A stretch of 64,000 nucleotides of DNA from Vicugna vicugna (Eukaryota), in assembly GCA_013265495.1 (NCBI GenBank), contig MU058456.1, positions 310,001 through 374,000 on the forward strand, in the 5' to 3' direction. Below, piece by piece: positions 51,101 through 64,000 of the stretch. Each line of letters starts with the position of its first letter. Position 1 is the first letter of the stretch. Made by a program: the position numbers and the translations under genes. The notes under the pieces were generated by a model that saw nothing but the letters and a program-made list of their open reading frames with translations, had not been told where the DNA came from and searched no databases.

Positions 51101-51919
51101 ATGTTTACCTTTCTGGTTGAGATAAGACACAATGCTCTCTTATCAATATAAGACTAGGGACCATATTCGTGAGGGCCCATAGTCAATAGTAAAACAATCC
51201 TTGATCCCAAAGGAACAGAATGGTGTAAGCAGAGCTAAAGCATTATGAACAAATGTGTTAAACAGATGATTCAAATGCAGCAGAACTGTCATATAGTGGT
51301 TATCAACGAGCAGAATAGAGGAAAATGGGATCGTTTGGCTGCTACTTGAATATCTGTATAAGCCCTGTAATGATTGTTATTGAGAAGTAAATTATTATCA
51401 CCATGGGGTAATGGAGAAAACTGGGCCACGGAGGAGTCAGATCTGCCCATCTGCTCTGCAGAATGGGCTGGTGTGTTTTGGATGATAATTCAGTTTCTGA
51501 TCTGTTGGTTACCTCATTATAATACAGTGCTTCACTCCTGCTAAATACATATTAGGAATTTTTTTTTCAACTAAGATAGTCTTGTAAGTCCATCGATAGG
51601 TTGATGTGGAAAATTATCTCTGTGAGACTCTAGACAGCTGGCCTTTCCCCAACTTCTCCAAAAATTTACCAGTTAATAAAATCTAGGCAGAAGATGGGTG
51701 GAAACCTTAAGATTTCAGATGAAACTTGGGCCTTATCTTAATTTCTTTGGCTTAAACAAAGAGAATGGTGAATCATCACTTAGAATGATTTCTTCAGTAG
51801 AGATTGTGTAACACCCACAGCAATCATCCAGCACAGTTTTATTTGTTGAATGAGAATCCAAAAGAGCGGTTAAACGGGTAAATGAGCTAAGTAATTTATT
51901 CTCAAAGTATTTAAACCCC

Positions 51920-52440
51920 CCTCCAGTCTGAATGTGGACTCATCCGTTATTTGTTGAGGTGCTCTAAGTTTTTGTTTCATATATTTTAACAATGTATTAT
52001 CATATGCATGCAAATTTTAAATACTTTATCTTTCTGATGAGTTGAACATTTTATCATTGTGAAGTATCCCTCTTTATCTTTAAAAATGCTTTTTGCCTCA
52101 AGTTTCACTTTCCCTGATATTAAAATAGTCACAGTATTTTTTTTTTTTGGTTAGTGTTTGGATTCCATATATTTTCCCATGGTTTTTGTTTCAGTCTTTG
52201 TATGTCTTTGTATTTTTGATGTCATCTCTCATTAAGTATGTATTTGTTTTTTGTAAATTGGGCTGGCGATTTTTTCTTTTTCTTTTTTTTTGTCTTTTAA
52301 CTGAGACATTTGGTTCATTTAATGTAATTGCTGGTACACTGAGATTTAAATCTGCCTTCTTACTGTGTTCTTTCTACTCCCATCTTTCTTGCCTTTCAGT
52401 GGGTTGATTAGAATAGTTATTATTTCATTCCTCACCCGAC
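51920..52440 (-). mobile_element. Old L1 (ORF2 start)
   Basis: 'ttttatcattgtgaagtatccctctttatc' and 'ctgatattaaaatag...tggttagtgtttg'. Confidence 0.8.
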
Positions 52441-52456
52441 TTCCTAGCTTGGTAGC

Positions 52457-53020
52457 TGTTCTGGTGATCTATTGTTGCATAATAATCCACCTCAAAACTT
52501 AATGGCTTATAATAATCATTGTAGATTGGTCACGACTTGTAAGTCAGAGACTCGAGCAGGACTTAGCTCATGTCTGATTCTCATGGCACAGCTGTAGGAT
52601 CAACTTCTCAGATGGCTTCTTTACTCGTATACCTGATGCCATGGTGTTCCTTGGCGTCTCTTTCTCTCTCTCTTTTGTTTTTCTCTCTCTCCACACATGA
52701 CATATCATTCAGTAGAGTCTCTTTAATTTGCTTGTTCTTCTCACTGCATAGTTATTTAGGATAATCTCACTTTTTACATGAAGACTGGCTTCTATGAGGC
52801 AGAGGTGGATGCTGTCAATTCAGTTCACAGCTTTCCTGGACTTGGTTTGACATCACTTTTGTCATATTCTACCAGTCAAAGGAGTCACAGGGCCCACCCA
52901 GATTCAAGGGAGTGGAGAAATAGAGTCTATAATTTATCAGTGGGGGACAAGGTCATGTTATAAAAAAGCATGTGAAAGATATTGTTGTGACCATCTTTGG
53001 AAAACATGAACTACCCTAGA
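52457..53020 (-). mobile_element. MaLR solo LTR, MLT1G-like
   Basis: 'atctattgttgcataataatccacctcaaaacttaatggctta...cccagattcaagggagtggagaaataga...ccatctttggaaaa'. Confidence 0.85.
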
Positions 53021-53174
53021 CTATACATTATATACAGTTATATATTTCTTTACTGTTTTTATTTGTTTGCTTTAGTGATTACCCAGAGATGAAAACATGT
53101 GCAATGACTTATCATGGTTTAGAAATTAACACTTTTACCTTATCTTGGCCAATGCGAAGACTTTAGAACACCGT

Positions 53175-53826
53175 ATTTAAAAATTCTCTTCACCCTTTGA
53201 CCCTCTTCACCCATTTGTTCTGCCCCTCACCCTCCACCTCTGGTAACCACCCATCTGTTCTCGTATCTATGAGCTTGCTTTGCTTTTCTTGTAGATTTCT
53301 TATATAAGAGAGATCATATGGTATTTGTCTTTCTCTGTCTGACTTATTTCATTTAGTGTAATGCCATTAAGATCTATCCATGTTGTCACAAATGGCAAGA
53401 ATTCATTCTTTTTTATGGTGGAATAATATTCCCTTCTATATATCTATAACTATTTCTATTTCTATATATCATGATTTCTTTATCCATTTATCCATCAGTT
53501 GACACTTAGGTTGTTTCCATATCTTAGCTGGTGTAAATAGTGCTGCAGTGAATGTGGGGGTGCATATATCTCTTCAAGTCAGTATTTTTGTTTTCTTTAG
53601 ATAAACACCCAGAAGTGAAATTGCTAGATCATCTGATAGCTCTATTTTTAATTTTTGAGGAACCTCCGCAACTGTTTTCCATAGTGGCTGTACCAATGGG
53701 CCAATTTGCATTCCCACCAACAGTGCAGAAGGGTTCCCTTTTCTTCACATCCTTACCAACACTTGTTATTTCTTGTCTTTTTTCAAATAATAGCCACTCT
53801 AACAGGTGTGTGGTGATAACTCATTG
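53175..53826 (-). mobile_element. L1MA-type 3' end
   Basis: 'gagatcatatggtatttgtctttctctgtctgacttatttc' and 'ttgcattcccaccaacagtg'. Confidence 0.92.
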
Positions 53827-53829
53827 AAC

Positions 53830-55330
53830 ACTTTAAACCCCTCCATTCTTACCTCTATGCTGTGGTTGTCATGAATTTTAATTCTGTATCTAGTTTAAAT
53901 CATACAGGAAACTATTATCATTATTTTATATAGTCAGCTTTTATTTATATTTTACCACAGTTCATTCTTTGTTTGATTTTCTTTCCTTCCTGCATCTTTG
54001 AGCTTCTTACTGTGTGTCCTTCAGTATTTCCTGTAATATGTGTCTGCCAGTAACAAATTCCACCCCCATCCATTTTTTTGGTATGAAATTATCTATAGTT
54101 CACCTTTATTCTTGAAAGATATTTTTCTTCTAGATACAGAATTTTATTTTGTAGGTACTTCCTTTGAGGCTATGTCTAGCATGTTCTAACTTTCATTGTT
54201 TCTGGAAAGAAATGTGATAATCTAATTATTGTTTCTTTAAAAATCATGACTCTTTGGCTTCTTTAAACGTCTTGCTTCTTTAAACGTCTTAACTTTTGGT
54301 CTATGTTTGTTTGCTTGCTTTCAGCAGTTTTATCATGATGTATCTTTTTGTCAAGCAGAATAATTCAATAGAAAGTCACATTTGTATAGTTTCTTGAAAA
54401 AAAAGCTTAATGATTTTAATTATTGCATTATTTGGGGGGAAAGTTTTCAGCCATTATTTCTCTAAATATTGCTATGCCTTTTTATCTCTCTCTTGCCTGT
54501 TTGGTACTTCCATTACGTGCATGTTAGACCTTTTTCACTAAACCCCTAAGTCTCTTACACTCTTTCCTAGTTTTGTTTTTTTTTCCCTCCATCCTTTTTT
54601 GTTTTTGTGTTTCATTTGGATATTTTTTTCTTCCAAGTTCATGAATTCTTTCATTAGTTGTACCTAATATGCAATTAAATAGGCAGTGAGTCATTTATTT
54701 CAACTATTACATTTTTTCCCAATTCTAGAATTTATGTTTTGTCCTTTTAAAATGTAATGTCTAGATTCCAAATGGGTCTACTTATAATGTCTGTTGTCTC
54801 TCTTGGTTTTAAATTACATTGTCTTGTCTGTTCATGTGCCTGATTATTTTTTTTTTATCATTTACTGGGGATTGCATTTTTTTAAAATGTGGAAATAATG
54901 TGAAGCATAAGAGAATTTATATTTTGGTAGACAACAAGGGATGTGGCTATCCCAGTTCACCTTAATATTAATATAAGGATTGGGGTTATTTAGACTAGCC
55001 TTCAGTCTAAGTCAGGGCCAGACTATTCTAATTCACTTTTATTTCTAAGTTGTAGCCCTTAGGGGTTCTAACCAAAAGCATGGGAGAGCTCCCTCCTCCT
55101 CCCTGGTGTGTCCTGGACTTTAATTTTTATTCCCTTGGGAAGGCTAACAAAGATCTGTGTTTAACTTCTTAATCTCTCAGTGACTCTTTTATTGCCAGAT
55201 GCTCCTAGTGGAAAATCAGATTTAAATTCTGAGTGTAACCTTCTGGTGTTTCCTTCTTCTCCTGTATCTTTGCCCAACAGTTCTTCACTGTCTTATTAAT
55301 TCCCCTCTGCTATCAATGTTTTCCAAAACA
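53830..55330 (-). mobile_element. Old L1M ORF1/5' region, degraded
   Basis: 'ttcacctttattcttgaaagatatttt', 'gttttcagccattatttctctaaatatt' and 'atgttagaccttttt'. Confidence 0.75.
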
Positions 55331-55984
55331 AGGATTGTTCTACATTACCCAGTCCAATATTAACTGAAGCAGGAATTCTGTTCTCAAAGTATTTATTTGA
55401 ATATTTATGAAAGAAACTGAATTTTATCTTATCCTCACTAGAGGATAAGATTGGAACTGATTCAGGGAAAAAAATGCTAAGAATAATGAAATATATGCCT
55501 GTTTCATATTACTTTTTAAATATGATAAAATGTGTGTCTTACTTTTTCACAAAATTCCAGGTAACTGAAAACCGTTAAATCATAAATGGATTGATTCATT
55601 TTAAGTTGCTATACCAATTGTCACTCACCCATGTAAAATCTGATTTTTACATTATAAAATAATTTTTACATTATAAAATAAACATGTTTTTCAAAATGTT
55701 CCTTTATGCTAAGATAGAAGCAGTAAGTCAGCTTTTCCAATTCAGAAAAAGTAAATTCAGCACTACAAAGGGACAGGCTAATAGTTGTTAACTATTAGTG
55801 ATGTTCACAGCCCAAGTGAACAGCAAGATCTGAAGAAAAAATTTATCTCCACCTACCTTTAAAATAATTATTGAGCAACACCTGACTATAAGACAATATG
55901 CTGTGTTCTACAGAGAACACAAATGATTGAATCATACACTTTCCTTTAGACAACTTAGTTTTCTTTTTTTAGAAAATTACAACT

Positions 55985-56520
55985 ATTAAGAGTAGATTCC
56001 TATCTGATATCAAGGTATATATCACAAAGCCATAGCTCAGTGAGACAAGACAGAAGTGTGGTGCTCATCAGAAACAGGCAGATGCCCCAATGAAACAAAA
56101 AAAGAAAGCTCATTAAAAGACTCACAAGTACCTGAAACTTGGTATATAATGAGGTGACATCCCAAATCAGTGCAGAAAGAAGGGGTTAGTTAATTAATCA
56201 TCCTGGGACAAATGGCTCTCTCTCTGAAGAATAAAATTCCTCCTCGACATCAAGTGAAGTAAAAATCTAAGTGTAAAATGTAAAATTATAAGGTTAATGG
56301 AAGAAAATGGAGGAGCATATCCTTGTGCCTTTGAATAATAATTTTTTAAACAAGACTCAAAAAAGCATAAACCACAAAAGGAAAAAATGATGAGTTTGAC
56401 TGCATCAATATTAAAGATTTCTGAATAACAAAGGGAACCATGGATAAAGTTAACAGATGAGTAACCTTCTGGGAGAAGATATTTACAGCGTCTAAAATGG
56501 ACAAAGGGTGACAATGGGCA
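55985..56520 (+). mobile_element. Old L1 ORF2 fragment
   Basis: 'caagactcaaaaaagcataaaccacaaaaggaaaaa' and 'ctgggagaagatatttaca'. Confidence 0.8.
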
Positions 56521-56529
56521 TAGCACACA

Positions 56530-56840
56530 GCATACACAATTAATCCCTCATTCAGATCTCTACTCAGACACTGCCACTTTGGAGAGGACTTCTCTGACTT
56601 TCCATCCAAAGTACTACTCCCTCCTGACCATTTATCCCCTAAATTTACTTTATTTTTCTTCATAACACATATCAAAACTCTAGATTATATGATTATTTGT
56701 TCATTGTTGTGTTCCCCCCAAAATTCTAAGCTCAGTAACATCAGGACTTTTTGTCTATTTTGTTCACTTTATGGTCTTAGTCCCTGGAACAATGCCTGAC
56801 ACACAGTAGATGCTCAATAGAAATTTAAGTGAATGAACGG
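56530..56840 (+). mobile_element. L2 3' end
   Basis: 'gaacaatgcctgacacacagtagatgctcaatagaaatttaagtgaatgaa'. Confidence 0.85.
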
Positions 56841-56841
56841 A

Positions 56842-57360
56842 CAGACTCCTGCAAATGGATGTGAAAAAGAGCAGAATCCCATACAAAAGAGATGAGTAAT
56901 CAGTTAGCAAAAGGGAGCATCTCAATGGCCAGTAACATGTGAAAAGATGGTTAGTCTCATCAGAAATATACAAATGAAGAGAAGTATAAGACAACATTCT
57001 ATATCCATCAGATTGGCAAAAATTCAAAAGTCAGAAATTAAAAAGGAAGTGGGGAAGTTGAAACTGCCAAGCACTGCTGGTGGGAGTGTAAATTGGTGGA
57101 ACCATCCTGGGGAGCTATCCGAAAGAATTCAAGGAAATTAAGGATGTACATATCCTGAAACTCCAGTCACCTTATTCCTGGATGTATACCCAGAATAACT
57201 CTCACGTTGATCATCCAAAAAGGGAAATGTATGCAGATGTCCATGGAAGCATTATTTGTAGTAGCAAAGGGGAGGAGACCCTCTACACATCCTTTACCAG
57301 AGAACTTGAGCACTGACATGTGCTACATGCATACGTGGAATATTATGCAGCAGTGGCAAT
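56842..57360 (+). mobile_element. Old L1ME, continuation
   Basis: 'cactgctggtgggagtgtaaattgg' and 'catcagattggcaaaaatt'. Confidence 0.8.
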
Positions 57361-57744
57361 GTTTTCCTCATTAAAATAAAGCAATAAAGTATTTCAAATC
57401 TAAATATTACCTAAAAGCAGATAGGCAAAATCAGACAAAATAAATGGCTCTCTGTTGCTTCTTTATTTCCTGTGAGTCTGTGGCTCTTGGTAGGAAACTA
57501 ACCTCAAACTCGAATAAAGTCTTTCTCCCCTTAGCAATTTTGGGATCCTAAAATCCACCTGTCCTAAGAAGTTTACTCATATACTTATTTTCATTTTTGG
57601 GGGCTCATTTCATCTGCTGCCTCTGGTCAGATTTAGATTCTGTTAAATGTTTACGGAATTCAGTATGGGATATCCAGTGTTGTTCCTGGGTCTTAATTTG
57701 CATCATAGCTTTGAGATTGGCTGAAATTTACTAGATGAGGGCTT

Positions 57745-57872
57745 CTCCAACTGAGAATCTTGTTAAACTGCACATTCAGATTCGATAGGTCTGTGTAAGA
57801 CCTAAGATTCTGCATTTCTGACAAGCTCTGAGGTGTGGCCAACGCTTTGGGTCCTCAGACCACGCTGTGGGT
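57745..57872. mobile_element. MER5-family MITE
   Basis: 'cttgttaaactgcacatt...taggtctg...aagattctgcatttctgacaagctc...gaccacgct'. Confidence 0.8.
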
Positions 57873-58088
57873 ACAAGCCTCACCCAGGACCATCCTGTGA
57901 AAGGCAATTATTCTTAGGGCATCTGAGACCTCACCCTGAGCCCAGAACAATCTCAGGATGTATGTATGTTAAGCAAAAGATTGCTGAAGGGGCATCTCAG
58001 GGTCCTGTACTGTGTGATTTTACAAGGGCTTCTCCCCCAGTGCCACCCTGGAGAAAGGCATACGTGGTCCCCACAGGGCTCCATGCAG

Positions 58089-58270
58089 CAGTGTTCCAAC
58101 CCTGGCTTATACCTGAGCTACCTGCATGCATCTCATCCCACCTCCATGCTTGCTGACATAAAGTTGGTAGCTTGAAACCAGCTTTGGTGGTGGTATTGAC
58201 ACCACGGAAATTGACAAATGCTACAGTTCAAGGCTTTTCTCCACAAAGAGCCAGTTTACCAGCACACTGC
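58089..58270 (+). mobile_element. MER63A-like hAT MITE
   Basis: 'gttggtagcttgaaacc...acaccacggaaattgacaaatgctaca...tttaccagcacactg'. Confidence 0.85.
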
Positions 58271-58537
58271 TCTGACCATAGTGTTCAGCAGGGAGACTAT
58301 GCAGGTCCCCTTGTGTGACCCACAGGTGGGAACAGTAAGCTCCCGCCATGATTTCTAGCTGGGATAAGAGTCATTTATAGAGGCATCACATAGTAACTGG
58401 TCCACCTGAAAGAGTATGACAGAGCAAAAGAGGTGATGAGGAAACAGGAAATAGGGCTTGAAGAAACAGCTCATTTTCCCTATATCCATGTTGCTTACTT
58501 CAATCATATATAGACCAACATTAAAAGAACAATATGC

Positions 58538-58611
58538 TGGGACATTATGCTGTACACCAGAGACTGACACATTGTAACTGATTGTACTTCAATAATAATA
58601 ATAATAATAAT
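58538..58611 (+). mobile_element. 74-bp extreme 3' tip of camelid L1
   Basis: 'tgggacattatgctgtacaccagagactgacacattgtaactgattgtacttc' plus (AAT)7; 14-bp TSD aaagaaca(a/t)tatgc. Confidence 0.88.
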
Positions 58612-60929
58612 AAAGAACATTATGCCTGCAGTGAGGTGTATGGAGCAGAAACTGATGAACTCTTAAAAAAAATTCATCATTTTAAATATTCATGAAAATT
58701 CAAGTCAGGGAAGGAAAAAAATTCAGAAAATATATTATTTAGAACAAGAACACTTTCATTAAAGAATTAGTCTTTAGCGTTACCTAGGAGCTAAAAGAAT
58801 TAGTGCAGTAATTGGGGAGCTGAATTCGTATTAAGAGACTACTAATCGGCTTATTTAATGGCTCTGGACAAGTTCTGTACATTTTTTGCCATTCTTTCAT
58901 AATTTGTAAAATAAGAGTTAAAATAGCTTTCACCCACTTCACCTCACAAGTTCCATAGCATGTTGGAAAATAAATTAGGTTGAAATAGAAATTAGTAAAT
59001 ATCTGTGAACTGCTTTGATTGAGAAAGAAATGCCTACATGTAGGTTATTGTTACCTGCAATCAGAGACCTATGTCTTCTTGGGGTCAGTTCAGTCCCTAT
59101 GCAGCCCAATTAGAAAATCCAGTAAGTATATGAAAGGAGCAGGTGTTACGGAAAACCTCACTGAACCACCCACGAAAGAGCAGAGACTCGTTGACGTCCA
59201 TCACTCCAACGCCACGTCCTCTTCATTGGTTCAGTCTCAGGCTATACAGAAGAAAGTCCTATGGTAGAGCCACTCCCTGTGTACTGTCTGTTCTGAGGCC
59301 AACTTGGGACTTTCATTGCTTCTCCTTGGCATTCATTAAATGAACATTAGAAAACATATTTGAGAAGGTCGAACTTTGACCTGCCTTTCAAGGAATCAGT
59401 CACATCACATATAATTTCTATTCTGAGTGAAAATTATTTTTTAAAAAAGCCAGTTATGAAACATAGGAAATAAGATCCTAAGTTTACTAAAAACATGTGT
59501 GCTTTTCAAGAATATGGAGGGCTAGTTTCCAAATTATTTCTATGATGATCTCAGAGCAGTGGGATTATGGGTGATACTAATTTACTTTTATATGTATTTT
59601 CGCATATCCTAAATTTAAAAATATGAGATATATTATCAGAAAAGAATACACACACATATCTTTGGTCAGTTTTCCATGCTGAAGCCTGTCACTTTCAACA
59701 GCAGCTGCAACACCTTCACAAAGGAGAATTAAGGCATGTAATATGATTGTCCTTCAGGAGCGCCATAGAATTTCATATCTGACATGTATTTTGAAAGTGT
59801 CTGCTAATCAGACCCCTCACAGTTCTACAAGAGGCTTTCACTTAGATGATGAATTGAAGTTTTAGGATAAGCTGATTTGTGGAGCCTGTTGAAAGTGATG
59901 TTTTTCTATCTCACTGTCCTGTACTTCATCCTCTGGGTCATGCTGCTTCTTTCAGTCTTTCAAATCCTATAACTTGAGCAGGCGCCGCTTGCCAGCTGGA
60001 ACTAGAAGGGCGGCACACTAAGTATTGACATCATCTGGCCAAACACAGAGCCAAGGAAGTGAGCATGCCTGATATATGTGTGTCCTGATTTACTTTGGAA
60101 CTCTGCTCCACGGCTCACAGAAAGTCACTTGTGCTTTTTCCACATTGCATCCCCAAACCCACTTACTACCAGCCAAAGGTTAGTGTTCCCAGTGGTCAGG
60201 AGAAACAGGAAAACCTGCCACATCATATATACTCTCGGCTATCTGGTTAGGGCGAGATTATGTATTCAGTGTTATGTTTAGAATATTTGAGCTTCAGGAT
60301 TTCCATTCTAGACTGTGACTTCACCTGGTTATAATTTGCATTTTACTGACAGAGCTATCAGAGCACTAACTCACCCCTTTGGAGACATTACCTCATCAAC
60401 CCTCCCCGTGGTCCTTGGGGAGAGTTGGGGTGAGGTGTGCTAGGGAAGAGGAAAGCAGACATCAGGCTTTCCTTGTAGGAACGCGACTCAGAGATGTGGG
60501 TCCCGGCTCAGAAAGGAACATAGGCTCCCTTGTCCATGGCAGGGCTCCTGTACCAGGGGAGCTGGCAGGGGAGCAGCTCCTCTGTTTTACTGCACCCCTG
60601 TTTCTGATCCACACAGTGGATCCAAGGGACCTTCTGGTGGGAATTCTGTTCTGTATCTTTCTCTTCCCTCCCAATTTCTTTAATTGCCCAGTGTATCCCA
60701 AAGCCTTTTTGAATTTAGCTCAAATACATAAACTATCTTATTTGGTCCCTTGAATGTCATCCTGTGGTGTTCGATCTTTTGATCTAAACTGTAAACTTTT
60801 CATCACAGGGATGATATTTTCTGATTCCTGCCATTGCTCACAGCCCTGCCCAACAGAGCAAAATGGCTGCCCACCTCTGCCTACCTCAGCGCTCTCTACC
60901 CCTTCACCCAGAGTTATTTTTCTGATTCG

Positions 60930-61085
60930 TGCTTATTGCTCAGTATGTATGTCTTCCTTCACTAGCAGCTAACTTCCTTCAAGTCAGAAACTTTTCCGTT
61001 GTTTATTGTTGCCTCCCAAGTGCCTAGAACAGGGCCTGATGCATTGCAGGTTCTCACTAAGTATTCATGAAGGAAAGAACTGAAG
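60930..61085 (+). mobile_element. L2 3' end
   Basis: 'gtgcctagaacagggcctgatgcattgcaggttctcactaagtattcatgaaggaaagaa'. Confidence 0.8.
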
Positions 61086-62099
61086 GACTAATTTTTATAG
61101 GAGGAGCTCAGTCAAGACATGGAGATACATTATTGTTATTATTGATTGTTAGGGGCTGGTTCTCCAGTTACTCTGCTCTGAATCTTTTTTTTTTTTTTCT
61201 CCTGCATTCAAAGCAACCATGCAAAAGATCACAATGGATGACTTTGGGGTTTACAGAGATGATGAATCCATTTTAAATGGAGAATAGATGAAGGAGAGCA
61301 GAGGAACAGCTGAATTTTGTATTTAGAGAAGATATATTTCCTGGCATTAAAGTGAGCTTTTAGTACAAAATGACTTAGAAAAATGTACCATTTAATAAAG
61401 GGACCAGGGAGAATGTTACTGAAATACAAACAGGAATAAAGCAGTTTGCATTTCCTTAGACTCAAAGAGTCCCAGCTCAAGCTGAACCCTAGGAGAGGAA
61501 ACTGGGGCACAGAGAAGGGAAGTAATTTACTTGAAGCCACACAGCCGAATGCTGTGCTGACTTCTGTCAATGCAGTATACTAAAGAATCTTTAAGAAGCA
61601 TTTACCTAAAAATAAATCTACCAGGACCCCACAGATAGTAAGCTTCCATGGTTTCTTAGAATCCCAAAGGTTCCTTAGCTAGTTTTACAGGCAGCGATCA
61701 TGCTAAATCAAATACAGCATTTTGTATAGATTCTGGGTATGTCAGCTCAAATCAGGTTATGGTTTGGTTTAGATAAATGAGGCAAACCTTGCAGAAAGAC
61801 AAAAGTTCCTAATATTACAGAACATTTAAGGACAAATCCATCTGGTTTGGTAGGGTTAGAATTACCTGCAGTCCCGTGAGCACACATATCATCACCCTGG
61901 CGGTGGTGGAGGGGTCCTCTAGGGCCCACACTTTGTGGCTGTTGTTTGGAAAACTGAGGAAGGTTAGAATCAGGGACTTGCTACCAGGCTGACAGCTTGA
62001 GTGCTGCTTCTTGCAAAGGAGCAGGGCAGGATGGCAGTGCCCTTCACTTGGGTGGGCCGTGAGCTAGGGGTAATGCTTACCTTTTTAAAAATTAATGTA

Positions 62100-62242
62100 T
62101 TAATTTTTTAAATTGAAGTAAAATTGATTTACAGCGTTGTGTTAGTTTCTGGTGTATGGCATAGTGATTCAGTTATACATACATATATATCCTTTTTCGT
62201 ATTCGTTTTCATTACAGGTCATCACCAGCTATTAAGTATAGG
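62100..62242 (-). mobile_element. Short cetartiodactyl-type L1 3' end
   Basis: 'attgaagtaaaattgatttacagcgttgtgttagtttctggtgtatggcatagtgattcagttatacat'. Confidence 0.9.
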
Positions 62243-62787
62243 TGATCCCTGCCCACAGTGTGGCTTTCTCACCACCTCTCCCGTAGGTTGTGCATGTGGA
62301 CAGAGAGTAATGCTGGAGTGAATCCGAGAGGTTTAGAAACAAGTGAAAATCATTCTCACAACTTGAATCAGGTTGCTGCTCTTTGTATTAATACAGTACC
62401 TGTTATCATCAACATGGTAAATTCACTCAGGAATAGACTACTTAGAAATATGTCGTTCTAGGTGGAACAAAATTTAGTGGTAAGGTGCAGCTCATTATCC
62501 TCTGTACGTTATTCTTTCTCTCTCCTCTGCAGTTTTACTCTTTTAGCATCCTTTCCTCTTGACCCCACTTCCCTCCTTGCTTTCCCCCTCTCTCCCTTCC
62601 CCTCTCCCTCCTCCTCTTTCCCTCCTGGGTCGTAGGTCTGCCAGGGACACTCACAGTCATCTTGGTTCTCTCCTGGGCAGGCAGGACTGAAAAGAAACGG
62701 AAAGAGGTTCCTGGCCTCTCTACAGCTGTCAAGATGTTCTTCAATGTGATCGTTTCTCTTTATTCAAATAGAAGGAATATTTAAGGC

Positions 62788-63202
62788 TGTGGTTCCCTGT
62801 GTTGCTGTAACAAGTTACCACAAACCCAGAGGCTTAAAACAACACTAATGTATTATCTTATTTCTGGAAGTAAAGCAGTCCTAAAATCAAGGTATCAGCA
62901 AGCTAAGTTCTTTGAGAGAAGCTGTAATTTTACCTTTTCCAGCTTCTAGAGACTCATGGTCCCTCATCCATCTTTAAGGCCAGCCACGTAGCATCTTCAG
63001 TCACTCTCTCTTTCCTCTGACTCCATCATCACTTGTCCTTCTCTGACCCTCCTGGCTCCTTTTTATAAGGGCCTTTGATTACAGTGGCTTTACTAGGACA
63101 TCCAGGACAATCTGTCTCAAACTTTTAAACCTAATTACATCAGAGAAGTCCCTTTTGCCATGCCACATGGACGTCTTTGGGGCCATAATTCTTTCTCCCA
63201 CA
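62788..63202 (-). mobile_element. MaLR solo LTR, MLT1C/D-like
   Basis: 'ttgctgtaacaagttaccacaaacc...ggcttaaaacaacac...ttccagcttctagag...aagtcccttttgccatg'. Confidence 0.88.
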
Positions 63203-63409
63203 GCTGTGAAGCCAGTAACCCCAGAAGCCAGTTACCGGCTTAAACATTCTCATTGAAAGAACAAGCAGCTTTCCGTCCTCTTGTGGGAATGAGCTCAGTT
63301 TCCAAAAACAAAACAAGCAGAATACAGAGGCAGAATCTTACACAGAGGTGGAGTAGTAGTTGCTTATGGGTGAATTTCAGTCTCACAGTGGTCTGATTTG
63401 GGGAGAGCT

Positions 63410-63595
63410 CAAGCAGAGCCTTAGAATACCCCAGACTCAGGCTTTGAAGTCCAGCTCTGGTTCTTGCTATGGGAACTTGGATGCGTTTGCTTAACTATAA
63501 ACTCAGGATGATAATTCTTTCCTCATAAGGTTGGAGAACTTGATTAAATTATGTATATAATATGCCTAATGTGGTGCTGGGGTCACACAGGATGC
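63410..63595 (+). mobile_element. MIR SINE
   Basis: 'tttgaagtccagctctg...cctcataaggttggag...atgcctaatgtggtgctggg'. Confidence 0.65.
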
Positions 63596-64000
63596 TTCAT
63601 ACAAGTTACTTATTTTAACTGTTTCCTCAGTGATTAGACCGAAGGTCAAGAATATAATTACAGTGTGGCCAAAAGTAATTAGGTTAAGAGTACTCAAATG
63701 GGTGTTGAGCAATGGAATTTTAAAGTAGAATCTGAGGATACACCCACACAATCCAAAGGGAACTGACAAAATCTGTTTCTTCTCATCCGGCTTCAGCCTA
63801 ATTACATTTTATGTCTTTAAATTGGATGAGGATGTGGAAGGGAAGACTTGACCTGTCTCATGTCTATACCTGAAGAGTTGTAGAAACAACAGAATTTCTC
63901 TCATTCTCAAGTTTGACAAAAACATAGCATCTAAGGATTCAGTGGGTCTTTAGGTACCATTCAGAACAATCTCCCAACAGATGTCAGCACCTTGTCTTTA

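Noticed and set aside
1..64000. CRISPR array, prokaryotic operon or defence system, NUMT, rRNA
   Set aside because: No regularly spaced repeats, gene-dense ORFs or mitochondrial/rRNA-like sequence seen; the content is typical mammalian repeat-rich DNA.

Overview
Mammalian nuclear DNA, almost certainly camelid (alpaca/llama/camel), judged from a vic-1-type tRNA-derived SINE with target-site duplications (TSDs) and young cetartiodactyl-type L1 3' ends. The window looks intergenic or intronic and is rich in transposon relics: L1 of several ages, L2, CR1/L3, MIR, MaLR (MLT1) and ERVL solo LTRs, a decayed ERV-L pol fragment, and the hAT MITEs MER3, MER5, MER63 and Arthur1. I recognise no protein-coding exon, rRNA, true tRNA or CRISPR array. 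The ORF track is explained by repeats or chance. The best non-routine observations are a 166-bp non-TE-looking polyadenylated retrocopy with a perfect 14-bp TSD (6807-6972), a possible L1 3' transduction (8782-8941), a candidate minus-strand promoter/first exon ending ATG|gtaaga (about 12400-12630) and several candidate enhancers. I found no convincing evidence of a novel biological system. Repeat family names come from recalled consensus sequences, not a search. Subfamily calls and most boundaries are approximate.
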